From: Blasia pusilla
Lineage: Eukaryota
Reading direction: 5' to 3'
Assembly: GCA_050084515.1 (NCBI GenBank)
Contig: CM114271.1
Span: 38,564,001 to 38,628,000, forward strand
DNA: 64,000 nucleotides
The translations under genes were made by a program, and so were the position numbers. Under the pieces are notes generated by a model that searched no databases, had not been told where the DNA came from, and was given only the letters and a program-made list of their open reading frames with translations. Of this stretch, positions 25,958-38,181 are shown piece after piece (position 1 is the stretch's first letter; every line of letters begins with the position of its first letter).

Positions 25958-26310
25958 TTGGTGACTCCCGGAGGTAGAGCTTTTAGTCCGCAGTGTGTCT
26001 TGGTGGATTCAGGAGCGCAACCCCTAATGTTGGGGAAAGTGTCATTCAAAGGATTGGGCTTGACGAGAGCCGATATGGAGCGTTGTCCATTTCAGATACA
26101 GACATCCTTGGGTGGAGCGAGTACCACAAAGTATATCACCTGATAGGAGGTCGTGGTGAGGATTTTCCCGGGACATCCTACATATGAGTTCGTGGTGCGA
26201 GCCAAGGCGATAGTGATTGATGCAGAGTCCTACGACGTCTTGGTTGGTGGAGCAGTGTTATACTCGATGGGGTTTTCCCTAGATTAGTGGGAGGAGTCAA
26301 CGTCCTACAG
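25958..26310 (+). pseudogene. Aspartic protease (retropepsin) of copy 3
   Basis: VLVDSGAQPLMLG active-site motif, followed by a YDVLVGG C-terminal motif at ~26230. Confidence 0.85.
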
Positions 26311-26714
26311 ACCAGGATGGAAGTCAGGTGATGGGCGCCTTAGCTCATTACCTATTTGATTCACAGGTGCAGTGATCGAGCAACGTCCAGGAGAGATGGC
26401 GACCTTAGCAGCATTTAGTAGTGCCATCACTTGGCTTAGTGATTTGATTGAGGGACATGTCCATGCAGAGGATACTCCTGTTCTTGACATTTCTATGGAG
26501 AGGAGTGTCATGGTAGCCGCATCAGTTCGTGGAGGAGAGGTGCCGCTTTGGGTTTTGACTGAGGGGCTTCGACGCTTTGCCACTGAGCATGTGCAGATTG
26601 CGTGGAGCGAGACATTTGCACTAGAGTGTGACGGGTCAGAGGAACCCTAGGTAGGCAAGAGTGATGCTATGATCCCTTTGGACACCACCCCAATTGTGTG
26701 GTGCACCACATAAG

Positions 26715-27660
26715 GGTATTCGGGTGTTGGATCTCTTTGGAGGGATCAACATTGGGTTAGCTGTTGTTTTGGAGTGCGCGTGCAACAGTACCTGTATGTG
26801 GAGATTGATGATGTTACGAGGCGCGCTTCACTTCACCATGTGGCACTGTTATGCCTCAATTTTCCCGACTTGTTGTCTACGTCCGCCATTCAGGGTTACC
26901 AGAGTTCCCTACCGAGGGACATTTCATTGTTGGGGGTGTAGGACTTTGAGCAGGTAGGGACCATAGACTTGGTCATTGCTGGTTGGTCGTGTCAGGGCCA
27001 ATCGAGTGCTGGACGAGGTAGCGGGTTAGCTGACACTCGTTCTAGGTTGTTTTGGGAGATGATGCGGATCTTGCGACATTTACAAGAGGATCAATCTCGT
27101 TCTCCAACATACATTTTGGAGAATGTGCCAATTTTGGGCAATTCGAGGTTCCGCGTGGTGACGAGTGCACATCAAGTGCGCGCATGGGTCGGCCCGGCAG
27201 TGTTGTTAGATGCAGCGAATGTGGGTTCACGAGCATATCGCCAACATCTTTGGTGGACCAACTTGGTACCACATGAGGTATTGCGGAGGGCTTATGCGAG
27301 AGTGGAGCGTCCCTCTAATTTTTGGGTGGATTCTATATTGGATCCGGGCGGTCAATCACAGGCAGTGAGGAACGATGATCGACCGCCATTGACTTTGGTC
27401 AATAGGATTGGCATGCCACTAGCCGCCTTTCCCACATTGGTGAGTTTCCCGCTTCCTATACATTCAAGGAGGCCGAACCTGGCTTGGTTTGGGATGACCA
27501 CGTACAGAGGTTGGTGGAGCCCAAGGTCGATGAGCGAGAGCGAGCGATGGGATTCCCCCCAGGAGTGACAGAAGTACCGTCACTATTGGAGGCATCACGA
27601 TGTCATGTCTTGGGTCAGGCGATGGACCTGAATTGCTTGACATGGATTTTCAGCTTAGGA
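26715..27660 (+). pseudogene. DNMT3-like C5 methyltransferase domain (copy 3)
   Basis: RVLDLFGGINIG, VIAGWSCQGQ (P>S), SRLFWEMMR, YILENVP, DAANVGSRAYRQHLWWTNL, ERERAMGFPPG, HVLGQAMDL. Frameshifted. Confidence 0.92.
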
Positions 27661-28079
27661 GTAGTTGAGCAGCGTCGTTTGAGGATACGACAAATCACAG
27701 TTGTTGTGTTGGTGAGCCCCATGCCTACCGAGATGGTTGAGGCAGTGGCTGGGGGCAAGACTCGAGGAGATCGACACACGAGGGGTGATCAGGAGAGACA
27801 CCCTTGGACTTCTTGGGATGTTTTGCAAGTACGCAAGGAGATGATAGCCACAACATCGAGCGTGGTTTCAGAAATTGCACGTGGAGATGGGAGTTCTTTT
27901 GTGCAAGACGGGGTTGCACCATAACAACCACCAACATCCGCGCTGGAGAGTCCTATCGTAGTCACAATGGAGACTTGGGAGCCAAATATGGACCCTAAGT
28001 TGACAGGAGGAGAGCGACGTCAAATACACCGGTTCCTTAGGAGTTATAGGAGTTGTTTTGCATTTAGTATGCATGATTT

Positions 28080-29400
28080 GGGTACGCTGAAGGGTCCAGG
28101 GATCCGCATTGAGTTGTCGAGTGACACGTCGATCTTCTGACGACCCTATAGATACAGTGACATGGAGAGGGCTCTCATTCACAGTAGGATCCAGGACTTG
28201 GTTGGAGTAGGACTAGTGGAGATGTCGCATGGAGAGTATGCATCTGCCATTGTCATGCTCGCCAAGAAGGATGTGCATGGCAACTGAACGGATAGGCGAA
28301 TGTGTGGAGATTACTGACCTATCAATCGGCAGACAAAGGCCGATAGGTATGCCATGCCCACCCCTGAGGAGATCTTTGATGCGATTGGGCATGCAAAGGT
28401 CTTCAATTCATTGGATTTGCGATTCGGATACCATGACCTGCATATCAGATTGGAGGACGGGCAGAAGACGACATTTTGGGGCATCGATCCTCACGGGAAG
28501 GATTGTTTGTACTAGTGGCGGTTCTTACCATTCGGGTTAAAGAATGCTCCGGCTGAGTTTCAGAGGGTCATGGATAGGATCTTGGCACGTCTGGATTTTG
28601 CTAGGTGTTATATTGATGACATCGTAGTCTTTAGCGCAACGGTTGAGGAACATGAGCGACATCTACAGGAGGTGTTTCAACAATTGCAGTTACATGGGCT
28701 GAAGCTACATCCAGGCAAGTGCAAGTTCTTCTACGACCAGATTGAGTACTTGGATCATACAATATACCCTGGGGGCCTTGGTGTGCAATAGACAAAGGTA
28801 GAGGCTATTTCACGCATTCCACGCCTACAGATGTGAGTCGAGTTCGTGCATTCATGGGATTGGTGAACTTCTATCGACGGTACGTCAAGGGTTTCAGTTT
28901 GATTGCGAAGTTGCTAACCTTGATGACCAAGGTGGACTAGGAGTGAAACTGGGAGGATGAGCAAGAGAGAGCATTTCACATGCTCAAGGACAGATTGACA
29001 TCCGCGCCCATATTGAGGAGACCGATCAGGGGTCGTCCTTTCCAGTTGCATATTGATTGGAGTATGTTGGGGCTTGGAGCTGTGCTCACCCAACATGAAA
29101 ATGATGGTAGAGAGTCTGTGGTGGCTTATGCTAATCACTCAAACAACGCTGCAGAGGCAAAGTATAGCTTGTATGAGGGTGAGTGCTTGGCTGCAGTGTG
29201 GATTATCGCACATTTCAGATTTTATCTATTTGGCAATCCCTTTACTATCTTTACTGATCATCAGCAACTTAAGTGGTTGATGGAGTCCGACAAGCTTATA
29301 GGGAAGCTTGGGGGTGGGCTCTTTTGTTGCAGGAATATGACTTCCAGGTGGTGCATAGACCTGGGACGCTCAACCAAGATGTAGATGGTTTGAGCCGTAA
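28080..29400 (+). pseudogene. Reverse transcriptase and RNase H of copy 3
   Basis: YIDD at 28609-28620, LKLHPGKCKF, LHIDWSMLGLGAVL, YEGECLAAVW, FTDHQQL. Confidence 0.92.
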
Positions 29401-29779
29401 CACATGCCTGAGTCAGCGAGATGCGACTCGAGCTCGTTGGCATGGTGAGAGTGATGAGGAGTTGGTGCTAGGATGGCATGCGTCAGCCTATTTAGGCTTG
29501 TTTGCTATGGAGAGCCAGATTACGGAGACTTCGATGGCGAGGTCTGATGGAGAGTCCTTAGATCCAGAGGTTGGTGAGGATACGATAGGTGGCCAAGACA
29601 TTCACGACGATGGAGTGATCTTGGAGTACCTACGTAGTGGCAGCGTCGCGAGCACAGTGGGTTCTAGAGAGCGGGATCAGATCCTACAATGAACCAGATG
29701 GTTCCGGTGGGAGGGCACACATGTGTTGCGAGTGTGGGAGGATGGTAGAGTGCGTGTAGTGCCTCATCCTTCGTAGAGA

Positions 29780-31039
29780 GCACGTTTGGTGCGTCATGCC
29801 CACGAGGAGTTAGCTCATTTTGGAGTGAAGTGGACGTACAACTTGCTCCAGATTCAGTAATGGTGGCGAGGCATGCAGACTGACGTTCAACAGTTTGTTT
29901 CCAGATGCATGGTGTGTGATCGAGTCTAAGCATCGTTCAATGCTCCAACTCCACAGTTGCATCCACTTCCAATCATGGGTTTAGGTTATAGATGGAGTTT
30001 GGATTTTGCAGGACCTTTGCCTTTGACGGAGCGCCATAGTCGTTATATGTTGGTGATGGTCGAGCACTTCTCAAAGTGGATAGAGTTGGTTGCATTGCCT
30101 GACAAAGTGAGTGAGGAAGTTGTGTATGCCTTCCTAGATTGAGTGTTGAGTCATTAAGGCATACTAGTTGAGGTGTTGACAGACCAGGGTATAGAGTTCC
30201 GCAGGAAGTTTGAGGCCTTGTGTGATCAAGCACTGATCGACCACCGCACTACTTTGCGAGATCATCCTGAGGCAAATGGACTAGCGGAGCGGGTTGTGCA
30301 GACGATGAAGAGAGGACTATGCAAGTATGGCTTGCAGAGAGGTCACCTTAGAGATTGGGACCTTCACTTGCCCTGGTTGGCGATGGGATACAGATTCAGC
30401 ATGCAAGCATCCATAGCGTCTTTCTTACCGTACTTTTTGCTTTATGGCCGTGAGCTAGATTTACCAATGGCCATTCATCGAGATATTCATGAGGTGTTGA
30501 ACCTTGATGATCCTGATGTATGGATACGAGCATGTTCTAAGAGGGCTGATTTATTTCGGAGAGTGATGCCCATGGCGTTTGAGAACTTGGCGATTGCGCA
30601 ACATCGGGATACGTTGAGGTATGCGACTATTCGGGGAGGTGATGATCGACATACTATCTGGAGGTTTCATCAGGGAGACTATGTCTACTTGCAGCAGACA
30701 ATACCCACGACGTTGGATGTGACTGCAGGGCGCACCATCTTAAGAGTGCGTAAGTTTTTTCCATCCGGTGTTCTCTTATTGGAGGGACGCGATGGTATGG
30801 TTTGGAAGGACCATGTGCGTAACTGTGCGTCATGTCATCTTCCAAACATTGACAGTAGAGTTGATCCGAGCTTAGCAATAGTTCATGCAGGCTTGCGGTG
30901 TATGTTGTTTGGTTTCGCCCGTGGTGCAGCCACTATGCTAGTCTATGATAGTTGTTCGAGAGGATGGCATATGGCATGTTTGACGCCACCTCTCACTAGG
31001 GTTCCTCAAGGACAATGGATGTGTCCCAGATGTACATAG
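29780..31039 (+). pseudogene. DDE integrase with C-terminal PHD finger (copy 3)
   Basis: HAHEELAHFG/CMVCD zinc motif, WSLDFAGP, LTDQG, GLAERVVQT, RFHQGDYVYL and a PHD at ~30892-31039. Confidence 0.92.
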
Positions 31040-32059
31040 AGTAGGTAGTTTTATATTTTGACTTGTGTCTGTGACATGGATGAGAAGAAGGCGACTAGCG
31101 ATGGGGCCACGTGAGCACCCGACCTTCTTGCTCTTAGCGTTCAAGAGATGTATGTCATGGTAGGTAGGAATAGATGGCTATCTAGAATTAGAGGGACCTA
31201 ACCCCCAGCTAGGGGGGCGATTGGAGATATTTTGGTACTTCTTGACTCGTTGTTTGGATGCCATGAGTTAGCATGGGATCGTGCGTGTTTGTGTGTGTGT
31301 GTTCGGTGACAGCGGGGTATGTTGTGTAGCGATGTGTATGCGCACGACACATACGTAGAAGACAAAACCCAAAATTGTCATTAGCTGCCACATCCTAACT
31401 CTGATTAGCTTCCAAAAAACAAGAATATTTGCTCACACAAATTATAATTAGCCTCTAGTATGAAGTGAAATTAGTTGCCAAAAAAATTATGAATAGCCAT
31501 TGTTTCTCAACTTGGTCAACTATTCTCAATTATAAATAGTAGTAAAAAGTAGCCATCGTCTATACACAAATGACTATTGTCAAGTATCAAGGCATTCTCT
31601 AACAATAGGGATCACAAATGGTTGTGTTGAGGAAATCACTTCTTCATAGCATCTAATTCTGGAATCTCAAAAATCTCTATAAACTACTTTGCATTTTTAT
31701 ACTAGGAAAATATCACAATTGTTATTGAACCTTACTTGAGGATATCTATTTACATCTATAAGTTGTTAAATGAGGACATACAATGTAGAATCCCAAGTCC
31801 TTCCATAAATAATAATTGGAAGTATCACTAGATTTGGTGATTGCATGATTTAGTTATAAACGTCTCTCCAAAATGCTAGACCAAATAGCTAATAAACCAA
31901 TGCTTATCTACAAAGAGGCTAGGACATTTATACGGTTTGGGTTAAGAAAAGAAAAATCAGATACCACTCGTGCTCCATCTCTATCCATGTTTGATAAACA
32001 TCCTCTATCTTACTCTCTCTTCCTATAAAGTTTAAGATTACTGATGATTGTTATAATTA

Positions 32060-32745
32060 TTCCCTCAAACTCATGAATTAGTGACAAGACTCATCAATCG
32101 CTAAACCCCTTCGGAAAGGCTCGTGGCCAAGTCATTATCCCAAGAGTGGTAATCCACTCTCATTGAAAGAGTAACCAAGTCCAATACCATAATTTCAAGA
32201 ATGACCAACACAACTCTTCTAAGATAAGATGTCTCTCCAAAGTAGTTGACTCCACACTCCTCAAACTCCTCAAGAATGGATCATGGCCAAGCTATTCTCC
32301 TAAGAGGGGTAATCCACTCTTATTCGAAGAGCAACCAAATTCGATATCATTATTTTAAGAATTCCAAAGACAACTCGAGAAAAATGGAATTCAAGATAAT
32401 GAATCTTTGAAGGTCCTTCCTCTTTGTATATTCATGAAGGATCTATAACAGTATAAAATAATGACAATCTTATCTTGTGCCACATGGGCTTCTCTCAAAG
32501 CTTAGCCAATCCCATTTGGATATAGATAGATTTCTTTTTATTTCTTCCTAAACGATCATCATAAAACCACTCCATATCCTTCCAACCATCCTAACTACCC
32601 TAGTCTGAACTTATTTATCAACTATGATTATTTTATTTTTTTATCATTAATAGGTCAAGTCACTACTTTACTTTTATGCTTCTTATGCCTCATTTCTGAC
32701 CTATTTTCCTAGAGTTACACCCAAATAAATGAGATATAAAACAAT
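32060..32745. repeat. Inverted-orientation copy of the 3790-4530 repeat
   Basis: For example cttagccaatcccattt and tttgaaggtccttcct mirror aaaatgggatcggctaag and aaaggactttcaaagg at 4090-4210. Subrepeats ccaag..att.tcc.aagag.ggtaatccactct occur at ~32127 and ~32287. Confidence 0.7.
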
Positions 32746-33750
32746 TGTCACGAACCTCATAACCAAACGAGTGCCGATACGAATCATCAGAACTCTAGTG
32801 GGCTCATACTAGGATGACTCCGCGTTGGAGAGGTCTCTTGAAGGAGACATGAGATGTGAGAGGCGTGAAAGTTATGAGTTTCATGCATTTATGGTTATAA
32901 CTCAGGAAACTTGGATCAAACATAAACCAAGACTTGAAAGAAGTCCAGTCTAGGAAGAGTGATTACCAAACAGGTTGAAAATCGGATTAAGAACGTAACT
33001 AGCGTTTGGGTTTGATTGTATTTGGACCATAGATTTTAGATCTAAAATATAATTTTGATGAATAAGAGGGCTTGAAAAGCTTATGCAAAGCCGATTCCAA
33101 CACACCAAAGATCCATACAAACGCATAAGCAGACGTTGAGAAAGTGCCCAAAAACTATTGTACGGGGAGTTGGGTCAAGGGCCAAAAGGAGCAGCCCGAT
33201 AATCCTTTTCCAATGATAGGAGGAGGGCAGAGAACTCCATAATAACTTATAAGGGGAAGAGTATCGAAGGGTGCTTGGGATCTTAACTCCACTTTAGGGA
33301 GCCACGGGGCGAAGCAAGGGTATAGAATGGATCAAGAGGTTGGCATTGGGATGTGAACCCCTAGCCAAGTCCAAGGAGTGAATTTCGGAGATCACTCTTG
33401 GATTCCAACCCGCGTCTCATTTTTTGGATCTTGGTTAGGGACTCATGCGAGGTCCATTGGATAGTTGGGATCATTAAGTGTGCGAGCGTTGTTTAAGTTG
33501 CTTTGACTATTCATAAAGTGTATTCCAAATCTAGGAAGACTAGCTTGCTTGTACTAGGAAATGGTGAACTAGGAGGGTTGAGCTTGATGAATGGATCGAA
33601 AGGAGAACTTGGGGAGATAAAAGGCTAATTGACCCAAACCAAACTAACGTGAATGTGTTTGGGTGCAGATCAGCAATATGAGCGTCTCATACTAAACGTA
33701 CGCTTTTGCAAAACTTGAGATTGGCGTTCAAGAGGAGTATATACATGACA
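32746..33750 (+). mobile_element. Solo LTR of the chromovirus family (diverged)
   Basis: Termini tgtcacgaacctcataaccaaacgagtgcc and ...ggcgttcaagaggagtatatacatgaca. Colinear with the reverse complement of LTR 48652-49645. About 1005 bp, with no matching TSD (acaat / ttgac). Confidence 0.8.
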
Positions 33751-36700
33751 TTGACTCACTACTTTTTTCTCTCTTTTTTTGTCTCCTTTATGACCTTCTT
33801 TTCTTAGAATTGGGCCCACATGAATAAGGTGCCATCAAGATATTTAAACATAAAATTTTATTTTCCTAAGCTAATCACTCAATATATGAACTCTCTCTAA
33901 CATTGATAAGAGTGAAATGTACATGATAGATCACTTTACTATAAGACAATAGTGGCAAGGGTGTTGGCTTCCTTCACCCCCTCTGTGAACGAAGGAATCA
34001 AAGAGAAACCTACCTGTTTGTTCTAATACATCTAATCTCGGAAAATTTCCTTGCATATCCAACAAGGAAGTGAGTGGTTTGCTTTTTGTATATTTGTGCA
34101 AGGACTTGTATAAGGCTATCTATGAGAATTCTTGGTTTATTTATAACCCTATCTATTAATACCATTGATAGCCACTTTTCCTTGTGGATAGAAACCCTCC
34201 ATGTATGAATGTGCCCTAGGCATGTTTGCTCCAAGTTACACACAATTATCTCACATTGATGTGAAATTTTAAGTGGTTGACAAAGAACCCTCCATTCACA
34301 AATTTTATCTTAACAAGATGCACCCTTCCCCTTAATTATTGATGTATACCTAGACAATGGACCACATGCCCCATTCTTTGTCATGATAACTTTGGTTCTA
34401 TCATGCGATGTTTAGTCTTGCTTTTTCCTTTTCTCCATGCGAACGCCCGAGCTTACCATTTCTTATATGAAAGAATTTTTAAATTATGGATCGTGGGGCC
34501 TCTTAGTATGTTATGGGCACTATAAGACTTCCATTTCACAAGGAAACCACAATATTTTTGGGTCTTGAAAATCTTTACATTTCCCCAAAATATCTCCAAT
34601 CAAAATTTTAATAGAGTATTGGCGGAAACTATTGTCCCTTTCTCTCCAATATGATGTAGGCAATATTAGAGGTTGAGTGGTTTTAGTCACATCCTTATAA
34701 TTAGCAAAAATTGGCTCCTTAAGTTTAGCCGCCAATATTCCACACACATTATTCGCTATTGGTTTTGTATATATTAGTTATCCTAGCATAATTAACATTA
34801 ACTGCCATTGACCCAATAACATCCTCTGCCTTTTTTGGACTTACTACGATTAGCCACTGTTTTTGCACAAAGATTAGTTGTTGTTGCTACACTTAGATTA
34901 TCTACCATTGAGCAACTCTTATCCGCCATCTAGGCTACTGGTCATGTCAAGTAAAGGTAAGGGGCGTATGAAACCAAATTTCTTTCTCAATTTATCCTTG
35001 CAATATACTATCTGAGGATCCTCGAGCAACTCTCCATTTGTTGTAGTCTTCTAATCCCTACCAGGATTCTCCCCACATCTTTTTGGGAGACCTTTCTCTC
35101 TAATTTTCATGCCAAATTTGCATATTCAAAGTCTATACCATTTCTTGCTTGGTGAACAATGCTTCATTCTATAATTCAGCGAGCACCAACAATCTAGTGC
35201 AGACTCAAATTCATCCAACTTTCAAAACAAAAGCTTTAATTATATCTATTGTCCATGCCTTCTAATTGGACATGAAAATCTCAATGTTGATAATTGATTG
35301 CATTTCATTTACTTCAAAATAACAGTCAAGGTGGCTATTTCTCTAGCTTCCATTCTATTGATACAATATCTGCCATGGCGTATACTTTGGTGGTTGTATC
35401 TACATAATGTTAAGTCTATTACATATTCACTCAACAATTCATCCACCATGGGGTCTCTATTTGGTTTACCATTTATCCGCCATGGCGGTTGATATAGTGG
35501 TTAATTATATACACTGGGTAGGGCGCCAATGCAAGTAGACCTCATAGATACAATCTTACATTCTTTCGATCCTATATCTACCACGACGGTTATTTTGATG
35601 GCTATTTTTAGACTATGTTAGGGCATAGCGCCTACAAAAATATAAAATTTTCAAGTAGCAAATGACCCTTATAGACATAATCCTCCGCTGAAATAAACCC
35701 TATCCTACATTTTTTTCTATCAAACATCCACCTCGATGGCTACTTGTACACCATGCTTTGGACCCTACACACCTACTAATGCAACCCCTTTACCCACAAA
35801 CCGCACACGTGTTTATCTTCTTCCAAAGTAAAGCCTTCGAGACTGGAATCAATCTTAGATATGGATGCCCTCCATATCTCAAAAGCATCCCAAGACTCTC
35901 TTGCTAATTGGCTTCGTTTTTGTTTCTCCTCTTGGAAATTACTACCAAATAATCCCTTTTGATCCATGGGAAAATGATGTCTACTCATGTCAAGACAATT
36001 ATCAACCATAGATAAGACCGGAGGATCTCTAGGTAGCTCAATACCATCAATTCTAGACCAAGGGATGGTCAAAAAACGATGAATAACCAAAGAATGTCAT
36101 ACTTAAGTTAGGATGACTCTTGAAGATCATTTTCCAAGCAACAGGCCAAAATGCCACCAAGTCATAGTAAGCCTAACTATCGATTGCTCCTCTATCCTAC
36201 CATTTCTCTCTACATTAGCAACATAGAAGAATATTAGAAGCAATAAGTTCAAAATGTGACGTGGCACTCCCAAGGGGCCACTCAAGCAATAAATTTGGGG
36301 AGAGGGCTTCTTAGGCAAGGAAAGTATGCCAAGGGACCACTTAACCAAATATTTGCAATAGGAATGGACCATATGAAGAATATCCACTCAAATAATTATA
36401 TTTCATCTTGTTCATCAAATTTCATGTTATGGTCCATGGGTTATTTCAATTAAAATAGTGAGTCCACATTCTTGAGTCTAGTTATGCTGATGCAACTATA
36501 TTTGTGAAAATTGCACACTTTGTCATGATGTAATGAGTTGTTTCTATTCATCTATATAACTATTTGCGCACCTTTACCTACAAGCTAGAAAATTTAGGAC
36601 TCAAAAGGTGTTGCCACGTATTCAAACTTGTTAGCTTCAATCTATCTTGATCGTACTATAACTAAAAGAAATGGATTTTGGTTTAAAATATATCCTAATT

Positions 36701-37445
36701 ATGCTAGATTTTCAAAACATAAGATTTTTTGGGATAATCCTTTTTCTTTTCATACTCAATCACATCACTACACAATATATACTTATCATCATCCGACAAG
36801 ATAAAAAATCCTAAAAATTGAACTTAAATCATGGAATACATATCCATACAATCATATACTAATAGGTCTCCAATAAAAATTAGTGTGCAACCATACTCTC
36901 CCATCAAAAAACTCTCTTCTACGTAAAATCAAACCTACATACTCATTCCCACCTCATCAATAGATTATGGTTAACCTATCGAGATGAACACTCATTGTGA
37001 GAATGCCAAGCATATACTATTTATTCCCATGTAAGGATCAAGGTTGCACACGAAAAAAGTCTGTGTCCACAAACATGTCTATGCGGGCCTAGGTACGCGT
37101 GGCTCCCATATGAGCCCGCGGCCTTAGGTTGCGGGCTTGCCGTGGGCAAGTGCAAGATGTACGCGGGCCAAAAGAGGGTGTGGACTCAGCTAGCCCACAT
37201 GTAGGCAATGGGATCAAGGGCGGCCTTGGATGTAGGCCGTGGGTACCCAGGTGGCATGTCCATCCCATATATGAACCGTCTTGTTCGTTTATGTGCAACC
37301 TTGGTGAGGATTTGAGGGTGAGCACGCGTTTGGTGATATTTTGATTGTGATGGAACTGATGATGCTTGATGTGTATAGAATGCTATATCATGTCATGTAG
37401 ATGTGACGTGTACTATCTAGCATTAGGCAGACCCAATTTCCAATT

Positions 37446-38181
37446 AGGGGGACAATTTCCTGGTCTTGGTGTACATTTGTAAGTATATTTTGTTTGTGTG
37501 TGAATCTACCCATATGTTGGGAAGATCAATGTTGTGTTTTGTGTAGATATGAACAGAAACATGAATTGTGTATGCGCATAACATTTGTCACATCTTCCTA
37601 AGCTAACATGGAGAGTTATACCGTGTCGGAAATATAGAGGGTTAGTAGGTTGTTTGGGTGTAACTTGATCATGAGGTGTCAGATGAGGCTGACAAATTTT
37701 AAGAGTCTTATCTTTTGTTATTCTCAGCCAAGTGACCATATGATCAAGTCAAGGGTCATTAGGTTACTTGTGCATGCAAGTTATCGTTTGGATGGTTCTT
37801 TTTTGGGGAAGAGATTTTGCCTCTTGCGAAGGGTATAAGAGAAGGAGAGAGGGCTTTCCCAAGCCATCTTTCTCATGTTGAGCCTTAGGAGCACCTCTCT
37901 TGTTTAGTTTTTAGTTGGAACTAAGGTGCTAAAGTTTAGATACCCTTATGGCGAAGGATGGATGTGGCTTGCTATCATATACAAATTTGAGAGTGAAGTT
38001 TTCCGTATGAGTTGTTTTTACTTGGATTTTACAATTGTGTGGTCTTAGTATGCATGCATAGATGATCTTAGAAAATTTTGTTTCTGTGTGTATCTACCCG
38101 TGTGTTGGGAAGATTTATATTATATGTTGTATAGATATGACTAACGATGTGAATTGTGTAGTAATGTGTATGCGCACCACA
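37446..38181 (+). mobile_element. 3'-terminal remnant of the DNMT/PHD family: PPT, B1 (37452-37583), TT, A2 (37586-38030), B2 (38031-38181)
   Basis: The tagggg(g) tract is followed by B1 ending gcgcataaca, then tt and tgtcacatc (same start as A of copy 1). The A segment shares ccaagccatctttctcatgttg...ggagcacctc with the copy 1 A. B2 ends gcgcaccaca. Confidence 0.82.

Larger units (their letters stand above)
21735..31349 (+). mobile_element. DNMT/PHD gypsy-like family, copy 3: full length (9.6 kb), A...gag-PR-MTase-RT-RH-IN-PHD-PPT-B, 4-bp TSD CATA
   Basis: Starts tgtcatgtcttttagaata (homologous to tgtcacgactgttaggata at 40154 and 53365) and ends gcgcacgaca at 31349. cata lies at 21731-21734 and 31350-31353. 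All domains are recognisable in the ORF fragments. Confidence 0.93.

Noticed and set aside
26715-27660. Host DNMT3/DRM gene or bacterial restriction-modification contamination
   Set aside because: The domain is intronless, colinear between retroviral protease and RT in three copies, and has no host or bacterial gene context.
21735-31349. DIRS/Ngaro tyrosine-recombinase element (these can have split repeats and a methyltransferase)
   Set aside because: It encodes an aspartic protease and an HHCC/DDE integrase, has TG...CA ends and a TSD, and shows no tyrosine recombinase motif. Its MTase is C5-type, not adenine-type.
34300-36500. Possible very old gag/pol remnant on the minus strand
   Set aside because: Only vague similarity and no diagnostic motif that I can verify by eye.
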